This document shows, one piece after another, positions 1 through 8,670 of a DNA stretch of 20,000 nt (positions are counted from its first letter, which is position 1; the number at the start of each line of letters is the position of its first letter). Under the pieces are notes generated by a model. That model was not told where the DNA came from. It saw only the letters and a program-made list of their open reading frames with translations, and made no database searches. Origin of the DNA: an uncultured virus (IMG/VR IMGVR_UViG_3300031787_000058) (taxonomy: Duplodnaviria > Heunggongvirae > Uroviricota > Caudoviricetes); IMG/VR virus record IMGVR_UViG_3300031787_000058; one strand, given 5' to 3'. The translations under genes and the position numbers were made by a program.

Positions 1-454
1 CTTCCGCAATGTCCGCGGCCAGTTGGTTTGCGGAGGCAATCCGAGCGTTAGCCTCGGCCTGCACGGCCGCGATGCGCGCCTGCTGTTCGGCGACGATCGC
101 CAGGTCGATGTTGTCGATCCGGGTGCCGAGTTCCTGCCAGAGCAGGGACTCCATGATCTGCCCCTGCACGTCGTTGATCAGGCGGTTGATCTCTGAGGCG
201 CGCAGCGTTTGGCGCTGTTCGTCCTCGATCGCTGTCACCTTCCCGCGCAGACCAACGACAAGGTTCTCGACGCTTCCGAGTTCGTTCAGCGTGATGAAGC
301 GGTTTTCCGGCTTGCCCGCGTTTCCGTTGCGGACGTTCCATCCGTCAACGATGGCGCGCACGACAATGCGTGTGTTCTCGTCCTCGATGGCATCGAGCGC
401 CGCTAGTGGGACGCCAGGTACACCGGCAAGTGATGTTGCCTTCTTGGTGCTCAT
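1..454 (-). CDS. Tail tip/spike-like protein, N-terminal part (runs off the left edge; absent from the ORF track)
   Basis: ATG at 454-452 overlaps the nozzle TGA (TGATG). The frame is open to position 1: MSTKKATSLAGVPGVPLAALDAIEDENTRIVVRAIVDGWNVRNGNAGKPENRFITLNELG...QQARIAAVQAEANARIASANQLAADIAE. The G..G....RFITLNEL segment and position after the nozzle recall the 933W-type tail-tip gene, and the following sequence looks coiled-coil. Confidence 0.8.
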   Translation of the reverse strand, partial: MSTKKATSLAGVPGVPLAALDAIEDENTRIVVRAIVDGWNVRNGNAGKPENRFITLNELGSVENLVVGLRGKVTAIEDEQRQTLRASEINRLINDVQGQIMESLLWQELGTRIDNIDLAIVAEQQARIAAVQAEANARIASANQLAADIAE

Positions 455-2406
455 CAGAGCGTCGCCAGTTCTCGCGCGGTCTGGGCGACGCGCAACTCAC
501 GAAAGCGCCCCGTGCCGCTGATCTTGATGCGATACCGGTCGGACTCGTACCCCGACGGAAGGCGGAAGGTCGAGATGCCTTGCGGGATGGACTGCGTGTG
601 CCGCAGCGAGTACGTGCCGTTGACGAGCGCCCAGAGCTCGAGCGTCCAGGTGCCCTGCGTAACAGCCTGGCCAATTCCAAAGTTCAGCGGGCGATCGAGC
701 ACGATCTCGCGCGACTGCCAGACGGCGCTTTGATCTGTTCCACCGTTGAACTGGTACAGCATGGCCCCTGTGGCGTAGTACATCTGGTCGGCCATCGGGC
801 TCACGAACGATGTCTGCGCCACGAAAGACGGCAGATCGGTCATTGCGCCCTCGGCTTCATCCAGCCGGATCATGGCCGGCGTGAAGGCGTTGCTGCTCGA
901 GAAGATGACGAGGCGCCCGTCCCACACCGCAAGCCGCATTGAGGACAGGCCGGCGCCGAATCGTGCGCGCCAGACTTCGCGCGTGAAGAACTTGCTGCTG
1001 GCATCGAGCGAGGCCCGGCCGCCCACGAGTTCAACGAGCCCGTCGTTGCTGGCGTAGACGACCGATCCGTTGGCGACCGCGATCGACCACTTCGAGACGC
1101 CCGCCTGATCGACGTTGAGCCTCTGGGTGGTCATGGAGTCCGAGGTAACGCCAGACACCAGGTAGGGGCTGGTCGTCGTCGTGACGACAGCGCCCGAGCC
1201 ATAGGAGATGCCGCCTACTATGGAGTTCGGCAGCACCTTCACATAGGACGGCGGCCACGACCAGGGCTTGTACGCTTCGGAGAAGTGCAACTCGTTGCCC
1301 TTGTACGCGCACAAGATTCCGTTCGGCAGCGCCATCAGGCCGCGCAGGGCCGTGTTCGGCGCATACGCCTCCGTCGAGGACAGTTCCTCGTTCAGGAGTT
1401 CCGGGCGAACGTCGTCGAGGAAATTGTAGTTACCGGCAGGCTGGCCCTGCACGGCGATCGACCCGGCGTAGTAGTACGTGGCGTTGTCTGATCCCGTGGG
1501 GGTGCGGTAGATGCGAATTTCCTTGATCGGCGCGTACGACCCGTCTGCGATCTTGTTCGTCGTGACCGTGACGTTGACACCGGTTCCGGTGCTGATCGCC
1601 GCCACGGGGCTTGGCGGCCCTTCCTCGTTGTAGGTGTTGACGTAGGTGTACACGTACACCCGCGCCTCCTTCTCCTTCTCCGGGATGGTTCCGGTGAGCT
1701 TGATCGTGTAGGTCGCCTGCCCGGAGTCGTCGGCCATCGACAGGCTGTAATAGCCGGCTGTGCTCGTGAACGACGAGTTGTTGGTGTAGATGTCGAAGAT
1801 CTGCGAGTTGTCAACAAGCCAGTTGGCGACCAGGCGCACGACCGGGAAGGCGCCCTCCGGGGTATCGACCGCCTTGGCTACCGGGGTGAAGCTGTACTGA
1901 TCATTGCCGAGCGAGGTCGGCGTGATGGTCGCCTCTTGGTACTTCACGCCGCCGTACTCGTAGTGGAAGGTCCACACGAGCGTTGCGGTCGTTGCGTTTA
2001 CGGGCTTGATCCCAGACACAACAAGCGTCGGGGCGGCCGTTGGCCGCTGCACCCCGACCTGATACGAAGATGCGGGCACGCCGCCCGTGAGCTGCTGGCC
2101 AAGCCGGTTGGTGACGAAAAGGCCGCCAGTCGTCGAGAAGTAGAGCCGGTTAAACGTGTCGCTGACGAGCGGCGATCGGACGGCATCGGTATCGGTCGGC
2201 CAGGTGTAGAACACCGCGCCGTCGTCGGTGTAGATCGAGGCCGGGGTGTTCTGCATAGTGCCGAACAGGAACCCGCCTTTGGTGTTGCGCAACTCGCCAT
2301 AGGCGAAGTCGCAGTTCTGCGCGATGGTGGCCGTGCCTTCTGGGAGCAACGACTCCGGGAGCCTCGGCACAATTCCCTTGAAGATCTCTGCCTTGAACCC
2401 GGCCAT
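454..2406 (-). CDS. Tail nozzle / DNA-stabilisation protein (933W ~570-aa tail protein type, functionally P22 gp10-like)
   Basis: 650 aa. Motifs FKGIVPRLPESLLP, DAVRSPL, YVYTYVNTYNEEGPPS, IRIYRT, GLMALPNGI and FSEAYKPWSWP match what I recall of Stx-phage tail proteins. GAGGG SD lies upstream. Confidence 0.85.
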   Translation of the reverse strand: MAGFKAEIFKGIVPRLPESLLPEGTATIAQNCDFAYGELRNTKGGFLFGTMQNTPASIYTDDGAVFYTWPTDTDAVRSPLVSDTFNRLYFSTTGGLFVTNRLGQQLTGGVPASSYQVGVQRPTAAPTLVVSGIKPVNATTATLVWTFHYEYGGVKYQEATITPTSLGNDQYSFTPVAKAVDTPEGAFPVVRLVANWLVDNSQIFDIYTNNSSFTSTAGYYSLSMADDSGQATYTIKLTGTIPEKEKEARVYVYTYVNTYNEEGPPSPVAAISTGTGVNVTVTTNKIADGSYAPIKEIRIYRTPTGSDNATYYYAGSIAVQGQPAGNYNFLDDVRPELLNEELSSTEAYAPNTALRGLMALPNGILCAYKGNELHFSEAYKPWSWPPSYVKVLPNSIVGGISYGSGAVVTTTTSPYLVSGVTSDSMTTQRLNVDQAGVSKWSIAVANGSVVYASNDGLVELVGGRASLDASSKFFTREVWRARFGAGLSSMRLAVWDGRLVIFSSSNAFTPAMIRLDEAEGAMTDLPSFVAQTSFVSPMADQMYYATGAMLYQFNGGTDQSAVWQSREIVLDRPLNFGIGQAVTQGTWTLELWALVNGTYSLRHTQSIPQGISTFRLPSGYESDRYRIKISGTGRFRELRVAQTARELATL

Positions 2407-2434
2407 AAACTACCCTCACTGTCTCAGACGGTCA

Positions 2435-2464
2435 GGGAGCGCCCCAGTCGCCCGGGGCGCCCCC
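2435..2464 (-). other. Strong intergenic RNA hairpin (13-bp stem, GCGA tetraloop) without U-tract
   Basis: Minus strand GGGGGCGCCCCGG-GCGA-CTGGGGCGCTCCC. Its two non-Watson-Crick pairs are G-U on the minus strand only. Confidence 0.7.
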
Positions 2465-2470
2465 GTGCCA

Positions 2471-2662
2471 TCACTTGCCCTCGGCGGGAGCCGGCGCGGG
2501 CTGCTCACCCTCGCTCTTGGGCGCGTTTGCCGCGTTGATCTGGCTCTGCGCCTGGAAGCGCAGCTTGTCGATCACGCCAGCCGTCATCTCGTACGGCTGC
2601 TTGGCCAGGGATGTCAACACGACGTTGGCCTCTTGCTCTTCGAGCTCGAAGTTGAACTTCAT
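2471..2662 (-). CDS. Small phage protein (63 aa), tail-fibre-associated hypothetical
   Basis: MKFNFELEEQEANVVLTSLAKQPYEMTAGVIDKLRFQAQSQ resembles small proteins often found after tail fibre genes. AAGGGTG SD, GC-type codon usage. Confidence 0.75.
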   Translation of the reverse strand: MKFNFELEEQEANVVLTSLAKQPYEMTAGVIDKLRFQAQSQINAANAPKSEGEQPAPAPAEGK

Positions 2663-2671
2663 GCGTCACCC

Positions 2672-2881
2672 TTACTCGGTCACGGGCAGCGGAAGGCTGC
2701 ACGAGGCGACAAGGCTCGCCGCCGACGCCGGGGCACCGGGCACAGGGGCCGGGCCGCCGTAGTTGACGTGTGCCGTTACCGCGATACCCGCCGCCGTAGC
2801 GTTCGTCAGGGCGGTATTGAACGCGACACGGGCCGATTCGACGCTGGCCGCAAGGGCGCTAAGGTCTGCCAAACTCATCAT
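2672..2881 (-). CDS. Hypothetical protein (69 aa)
   Basis: Strong SD AAAGGAGA upstream of ATG. Fits the operon with a 9-nt gap to the next gene. Confidence 0.65.
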   Translation of the reverse strand: MMSLADLSALAASVESARVAFNTALTNATAAGIAVTAHVNYGGPAPVPGAPASAASLVASCSLPLPVTE

Positions 2882-2990
2882 GGTGTCTCCTTTGCAAAGG
2901 TTAGAAACAGGTTGATCCTACCTCGAATTGCGGTGGCGCGTTAAGCCCCGCTCACTAATATCCTGCTGAAAAGTCACAAAACGTGCCCGC

Positions 2991-3575
2991 CTACGGCGCG
3001 GAGTCAATCTCAAATGTAATGGTGGCGGAGTCCAAAACACTGCCGGTCGAGGCCAGCCTGATTTGTATGTCAAGCAGCCGGTGGGCGTATGCGCCCGTCA
3101 CCGTAAGCCCCCAATCCCGGGTTGTTCCAAGATTCAACCAAGAGCCTGTCGAGCCGAGTTCCATTCCAACGGTGCCGTACGGATTGCTGAACGTCGCGTA
3201 AACGTCAAACAAGGAGGCTGATCCAGACACCAGCCACTCCCCACTTATGTCTGTCAACACTCCATTGTCGGTTAAACCATTTGTTTTCCTTGCGACCCCG
3301 GTAGATAACAGCTGGTAATAACCGGTGGCATTACCGCCGCCAAGACCAGAATAAAGAAAGTTCAGCACGCTCTGGTTAGAAATGGCGACGCTTCCCACTG
3401 GCGTAGCTCGCTTAGAGTAAAACTCGTTAAACGAAATAGCGCCAGAGGAAAACGTTCCAGACCCGCCTGCGTCGGTATACCAAGCGGTGCCCCGGTAGGC
3501 GTTAAGGTTGTTGCCGCGACCAAACTCAGCGTTGATCTGCGACATGCTGATTGCGCCCGAGGATTGAAGCGTCAT
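2991..3575 (-). CDS. Putative tail-fibre tip adhesin / receptor-binding protein
   Basis: 194 aa directly after the S74-chaperoned fibre. The N-terminus MTLQSSGAISMSQINAEFG...SGAISFNEFYSK is typical of fibre-tip-attached proteins. Beta-rich C-terminus, lower GC (about 49% hand-counted over 3241-3420). Confidence 0.7.
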   Translation of the reverse strand: MTLQSSGAISMSQINAEFGRGNNLNAYRGTAWYTDAGGSGTFSSGAISFNEFYSKRATPVGSVAISNQSVLNFLYSGLGGGNATGYYQLLSTGVARKTNGLTDNGVLTDISGEWLVSGSASLFDVYATFSNPYGTVGMELGSTGSWLNLGTTRDWGLTVTGAYAHRLLDIQIRLASTGSVLDSATITFEIDSAP

Positions 3576-3591
3576 TGGAGTTACCTAGCCC

Positions 3592-6500
3592 TCAGTGAAG
3601 CCTAGCCTTCAATGCCTCAAGCTCACGCTTGATGGCAACGATCTCTTTGGCAAGTTCAACGGCCGACGCCATCGCGGCGTTGCCGTACGACACGGAAAGC
3701 GTGCCAATTTCATCTTTGGCTTTAGTAATCGCTTCTGGCAGAAGCCTTTGGAAAGACTGCGCGCCAATACCGACCTGCGTGATCTGCTCGCAGTCGATTC
3801 GATCGTAGATACCGACCTTGACCTGAGCCAGGCGCTCGACGAAGTTCTCCGGCATTGGGCGCCAGTTGGTCTTCAGACGTTCGTCGGAGAAGGCCGTGAC
3901 GTTTCCGGAGGCTACGATGCTAGTAGATAGGGCGCACATGAAGCCGCCGTTCTGCAGCAACAACAAGCCGTGCGAGGACAAGTTCCCCGCAATGCCGCCC
4001 GCGTTCGGGTGCGACCACGCCATACCGTACAGGTTGCCAGTAGTCGTGCCATCGGCAGGCAGCTTGTAGCTGTCGCCCATGGCAAACACGCCTTGGTAGC
4101 GGTACGAGCTGTACAAGCCAACGATGCCGTGTCCGTAGTCCTGGTCGATATAAAAATTGTTGTAGCTACGAGCGTTGCCGCTGTTGTCCACGCGGAATCG
4201 CCAGCTTCCGCCAGTCGTCAGAAATCCCATTGCAGCGTCGGCAGCCGCGTGAACGTAACCAAGCCCAGAGCCCCCGCTGTTGAGGAACAGCAGACTGCCA
4301 GCGGAAGTGCCAGAGCGAACGTAGAAATTCCCAGAGTCAGCCGGATACAGATGCCAGCCCGTTTGCGACCAATAGACGCCGTTGTTGTTCGTATGGTTAC
4401 GGAACCAGCCGCCGTTTGTATAGACATCCGGGGCGGTCAATCCACCTGTTAGAGTTCCGCCACTCAACGGAAGCGCGTAGCTACTGTAGTTGCCACCGTT
4501 GAGCGCAATGCTACCGTTGACGTACAGCTGCCCGCCAGGCATGTAGTAGTTCGAGCCGTCGTAGTAGACGTACGTGCTGCCGCTGTTGCCGAGGTAAATT
4601 ACGCCAGCGCCGCCGTTGCCACGCGCCGCTGTGATGTCACCATTGACGCGGAGGGTAGAGGCGCCGTTGACGCCCTGCCCGTTTGCCGACAGGTAGACGT
4701 TACCGCTGACCGTGCCGCCTGAAAGCGGGAGGGCGTAGCTGCTGTAGTTGCCAGAGGAAAGCAGCTTCCCCGTTTGCGCCCGCGTCGTCCACGCATTGAC
4801 GTATAGCTCCCCATCCGACTCGTAGAGCAGGGTGGCGCTGACTCCGTTGCGATGGAATGAGATTCCTGGGGTCGAGGCATCGCTCGTATAGAGCTCAAGG
4901 CTCGATTGAGTATATGCGGTACCGCGGCCAGTCACGGAAACGATTGTTCTAGCGCGCGACTCAATGGCGCTTGGGCTCAGCGTCATCCACGCGGCCTCGT
5001 AGCCCGTTCCGATCCATGCGTAAGTTAGGCTGTCCGCGCTGCCATACGCGCCGAAACCAGCGCGAATGGTGCCCGCGCTGCCTTTGAAATAGGTGCCCAT
5101 CGACCAGCCGCCGCTATTGCCGGTGATGAACAGCGCGCCGTCGTTTGTTGATAACTGAATTGGTCGCGTTCCAGTCAGCGTACCGCCGCTAAGCGGCAGG
5201 GCGTAGCTGCTGTAATTCCCGTCGTGCAGAACGCCTCGCCAAGTGTTCCACGTACCGTTGTCGCCGTTTCTGCTACGGAACGACAACTGCTGACCGCCAT
5301 ACGTGCCGTTCAATTGAAGGTCGTAACCACTGGCCGGGAAATGAACTATCGTTCCGGTGTGGGGCGCGTTGTTTGAGTACGTGAACGACGAGCGCACCCA
5401 GTTACCAGAGTGGAACGAGTTTGCGTCGGTGCCGGGTGAGCCTGGCCAGCTTGGATACGAGTACGGGACGTAGCTTGTAAAGTTCCCGGCGTGCAGTACT
5501 TGGTTGCCGCCCTGCTGCAGCGTCGTCAAGACGTTGACGGTGCCGTACCCCATGGCGATCTGCTGCTGCCAATTGCTTCCATTATTGGCCCAAAACGCAA
5601 GCCCAGGATCGGTGGCGTCAATTGCAGCATAGGCACGAGATCCGTTCGTCCACCAAACAGAAGGCACGTTCCCATTGCCATCAAAGTTGACGACCCGTGT
5701 GCTGCCGCTTAGCGCGGTAATGGTATGCGAGAAGAATGTGCTCGCAGGCGAAGAGTTGCCGCCGTTTAGCCGAACAGACCCGTTTGTGCTATGTACCGCT
5801 TGGCGAATGTTGGAGGACAGTTCTACTTGCTTTGCCGTGGTCGGCTTGCCAACGCCAGTGATGGACGTAACGCGATTGCGCGGATACGTGGCAAACGGCA
5901 CGTATACGCGCACGTAGTACCCATTCCAGTACCCTTGCGACGGAAACCAAAAGCAAAGGTTGCCGCCGTTGTTTATTGCGACAAGACCACCAATATTTAG
6001 CCCGTTTGACATTCCGCCATGATTGATGATCGTGTCGGAGTAGATGTAGCCTTGGTACTGAATGTCAACAGGGATTATGTTTCCATACGAGTTGCCGCGT
6101 ATCTCAAGAATGAACGGATCGCCGTTTGTCACAGCGTAGTTAATATCGGTGGTGATCAGCGTTCCGTTCGGGAAATCGCGATCCGACTGCACCCAAGAAT
6201 CTGCGAGGAACCTTCCCCCTGCTATGGCATATCCATACTCATTGACTCGCAGAATCTCGCCGGGGTAGGTGCCAGAAATACCACCGTATCCAGATCGATT
6301 GACAACGAAGGTGTTAACGCTAAGCGTGTGGTTGCCGCCAGACGAGCTCTGCAGCGACGACCACGAGTTGACGTTGCCAACGGTGCCGCCCCAGTAAACC
6401 GTCCCAGTCAGATGCGAAGTGCCTTGTACGCCAAAGTTTGCATCAGTGTTGTTAGAGCCGCCTGCAGTGATCTGCGGTGCGCGGATTGCGCCTGACAGCG

Positions 6501-8667
6501 TTCCTCCGCTCAATGCCAAATAGTTTCCGGGGGTAAAGTTGCCTGCGTGCCAAATATTGCTTCCATTAACTTGGGCGCCAGAAGCGGCATTGAGAGCGCC
6601 AATCCATGTGCCAGAGACATTCCAAAGTGATGCTCCACTGGCAAGGTTCCACGATGCAGAAGAGTTACTAGACGCCCACCACTGTGCGCCTAAATTGCCA
6701 CTGATTGAAAATAGAGCGCTGTTATCGTTCGAGCTTGCATGCACCCAACTGCCGCTTTGGTAATAAACGCCAGTTGAAAAATATGTGTACGAACCAGAAT
6801 GAGGAAGAACGCCAAAAACGGTTGCGTAATCACTACTTTTTGCTGCGATCGCGCTTGAGTTTGTTGACCCAGAAACACTAAGAGATGTTGCACGCGAACC
6901 AATTGCAGTCCCAACATTTAGCCCGCCAGTCATCGTTCCGCCGCTCAGCGGCAGCGCGTAGCTGTTGTAGTTACCCGTCGTCAGTACGGCCGCCCCTGCT
7001 GACGATACGCCTTGCGGGAAATTCGCCGTTCCGTTTGATTCAATCTGAATCGCTCGCGTTGCGCCTCCTGAGCCGACGTCGATAAAGAAGCCGCCGCCGA
7101 CAGACTTGATGTTTGCGTAGGCAGACGAGCTAGGATCGGGCGGATTGAGGAACAGCATCGACGCGCTGTCGGTGTTCCAGATCTCAAGCCCTGAACGCCA
7201 TGACCCCGAGTAGCTACCAAACGACGCGGGTTCAGCCGCGCCGCTGCGCGTTATTCTGACGTGCGACGATGCCGACCCCGTTCCTGATGTATTGATTCTG
7301 AGCGTGCCCGAGAGCGTGCCGCCCGTGATCGGCAGTGCGTACGAGTTGTAGTTGCCCGTATTCAGCACAAGGTGCTGGCTGCCGGTCGCGTACATTTGGC
7401 CAGCGGTGTACCAATTTCCCGATGCGTCAAGGTTTGCGTTGCCCGCGCCGGTAAACGTGACGGTTCGGCCTGCCGCGCCTGCCGCAGATCCAAAGAAGCG
7501 GAATCCACCACCGTCAAAGCGCAAGTACGAAACGGTGTCGCCAGTCACAGCGATGTACTGCTCGCTTGTAGCCGTGTGCCGCAAGTTGAAGCCGATGCCG
7601 CCATACGCGCCGCCGCTGTAACCGGCCGCCGCGCCGCGGCCTGCGGTGGCGCCGCTGCCAAGGCTGACGTTGAACTCGCCAGCAGCGTCGCGGAAGTTTG
7701 GGGCAGTGAGCGCGCCGGTTAGCGTGCCGCCTGTGAGCGGCAATGCGTACGAGTTATAGTTCCCGCTGTGCAAAACATCGGCGTAGCTTGAGTACGCGGA
7801 CGCTGAGCCCCATCCCTGCTGCCAGATCCGCATTCCAATGGCGTCCTTGCGGAACATCACAAGGTTATCGTTGCCGCCGCTCGAATCCGTGTAACTGCGC
7901 AGGTGCAAGAAGTCCGCATACGGCGAGCTGTCGTTGTTGTTCCACGAAGTAAAGCCGAAGCCAAAACGGCTGGCCGTCTGTTCAGACGGAGAAATGCTGC
8001 GGTTATCATAAGAACCGAGCAGCGTAGCGGTTGTAGCATTGCCAGTAATCGAGATACCCCACGTCCCGCTCGTGCCCGCGCCGGTCAACGGCGCCTTGCC
8101 TGCAAGCGAGTTCGTGACGGTCGTGGCAAAGTTCGGATCGTTACCGAGCGCCGTCGCCAGTTCGTTCAGCGTGTCGAGCGCGCCTGGTGCCGAAGCAACC
8201 AGCGCCGCCACTTCCCCGCGCACGTAGGCAGTCGTCGCAATCTGAGTCGTGTTCGTCCCGACCGAGGCGGTAGGCGCCGTCGGTGTGCCCGTGAGCGCGG
8301 GCGAGGCAAGGTTGGCTTTGAGGTTGAGCGCTGTTTGCACGTCGCTCGAGGATGCAAACTGCGCAAACGTCCCCGCGGTCGCGCGCAACTCGGCTCGAGA
8401 TGCAGCAGGCCAGATCAGGCCCGTGGTGCCTTCCTGGCCACGCACGACGGTCAGCGTGTCGCTAGAGCGCGCCGTAACGCGGACGATTTCCCAAGACGCC
8501 TCGCTCGCGTTCCCATCGAGCGCAATCAGGGTCAGAAGGAAGAAGTCCCCGCCCCCCGGGTTCGGGAACCGTGCCCCGTCACCCGACATCAGGGTGATGG
8601 TCGTGTCCGACGGTCCTATCGAGGACGCGAGTACGCCGTAGGCGTTATTTGTGTAAAGCTGTGCCAT
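3592..8667 (-). CDS. Long mosaic tail fibre with C-terminal intramolecular chaperone (peptidase S74)
   Basis: 1691 aa. N-terminal attachment domain (WEIVRVTARSSDTLTVVRGQEGT). P2-H/lambda-stf-type fibre repeat (ASPALTGTPTAPT...TTQIATTAYV...APGALDTLNELATALGNDPNFATT). Pyocin-knob-like segment (LQLNGTYGGQQLSFRSRNGDNGTWNTWR). FSDERLK autocleavage motif at about 3888, followed by a coiled-coil end. Confidence 0.93.
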   Translation of the reverse strand: MAQLYTNNAYGVLASSIGPSDTTITLMSGDGARFPNPGGGDFFLLTLIALDGNASEASWEIVRVTARSSDTLTVVRGQEGTTGLIWPAASRAELRATAGTFAQFASSSDVQTALNLKANLASPALTGTPTAPTASVGTNTTQIATTAYVRGEVAALVASAPGALDTLNELATALGNDPNFATTVTNSLAGKAPLTGAGTSGTWGISITGNATTATLLGSYDNRSISPSEQTASRFGFGFTSWNNNDSSPYADFLHLRSYTDSSGGNDNLVMFRKDAIGMRIWQQGWGSASAYSSYADVLHSGNYNSYALPLTGGTLTGALTAPNFRDAAGEFNVSLGSGATAGRGAAAGYSGGAYGGIGFNLRHTATSEQYIAVTGDTVSYLRFDGGGFRFFGSAAGAAGRTVTFTGAGNANLDASGNWYTAGQMYATGSQHLVLNTGNYNSYALPITGGTLSGTLRINTSGTGSASSHVRITRSGAAEPASFGSYSGSWRSGLEIWNTDSASMLFLNPPDPSSSAYANIKSVGGGFFIDVGSGGATRAIQIESNGTANFPQGVSSAGAAVLTTGNYNSYALPLSGGTMTGGLNVGTAIGSRATSLSVSGSTNSSAIAAKSSDYATVFGVLPHSGSYTYFSTGVYYQSGSWVHASSNDNSALFSISGNLGAQWWASSNSSASWNLASGASLWNVSGTWIGALNAASGAQVNGSNIWHAGNFTPGNYLALSGGTLSGAIRAPQITAGGSNNTDANFGVQGTSHLTGTVYWGGTVGNVNSWSSLQSSSGGNHTLSVNTFVVNRSGYGGISGTYPGEILRVNEYGYAIAGGRFLADSWVQSDRDFPNGTLITTDINYAVTNGDPFILEIRGNSYGNIIPVDIQYQGYIYSDTIINHGGMSNGLNIGGLVAINNGGNLCFWFPSQGYWNGYYVRVYVPFATYPRNRVTSITGVGKPTTAKQVELSSNIRQAVHSTNGSVRLNGGNSSPASTFFSHTITALSGSTRVVNFDGNGNVPSVWWTNGSRAYAAIDATDPGLAFWANNGSNWQQQIAMGYGTVNVLTTLQQGGNQVLHAGNFTSYVPYSYPSWPGSPGTDANSFHSGNWVRSSFTYSNNAPHTGTIVHFPASGYDLQLNGTYGGQQLSFRSRNGDNGTWNTWRGVLHDGNYSSYALPLSGGTLTGTRPIQLSTNDGALFITGNSGGWSMGTYFKGSAGTIRAGFGAYGSADSLTYAWIGTGYEAAWMTLSPSAIESRARTIVSVTGRGTAYTQSSLELYTSDASTPGISFHRNGVSATLLYESDGELYVNAWTTRAQTGKLLSSGNYSSYALPLSGGTVSGNVYLSANGQGVNGASTLRVNGDITAARGNGGAGVIYLGNSGSTYVYYDGSNYYMPGGQLYVNGSIALNGGNYSSYALPLSGGTLTGGLTAPDVYTNGGWFRNHTNNNGVYWSQTGWHLYPADSGNFYVRSGTSAGSLLFLNSGGSGLGYVHAAADAAMGFLTTGGSWRFRVDNSGNARSYNNFYIDQDYGHGIVGLYSSYRYQGVFAMGDSYKLPADGTTTGNLYGMAWSHPNAGGIAGNLSSHGLLLLQNGGFMCALSTSIVASGNVTAFSDERLKTNWRPMPENFVERLAQVKVGIYDRIDCEQITQVGIGAQSFQRLLPEAITKAKDEIGTLSVSYGNAAMASAVELAKEIVAIKRELEALKARLH
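4443..7777 (-). repeat. Eight dispersed (V/L)LxxGNY(N/S)SYALPL(S/T)GGT(L/M/V)(T/S)G linker repeats inside the tail fibre
   Basis: Copies at about 7715-7777, 7307-7368, 6926-6988, 6491-6556 (variant), 5468-5500 (truncated), 5171-5232, 4702-4764 and 4443-4505. Confidence 0.9.
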
Positions 8668-8670
8668 AGG

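Noticed and set aside
4443..7777. Fibre linkers as shufflon/invertase sites or DGR template/variable repeats
   Set aside because: All copies are direct and in-frame, with differences mostly synonymous and not adenine-specific. No inverted cassettes, recombinase or reverse transcriptase occur in the window.
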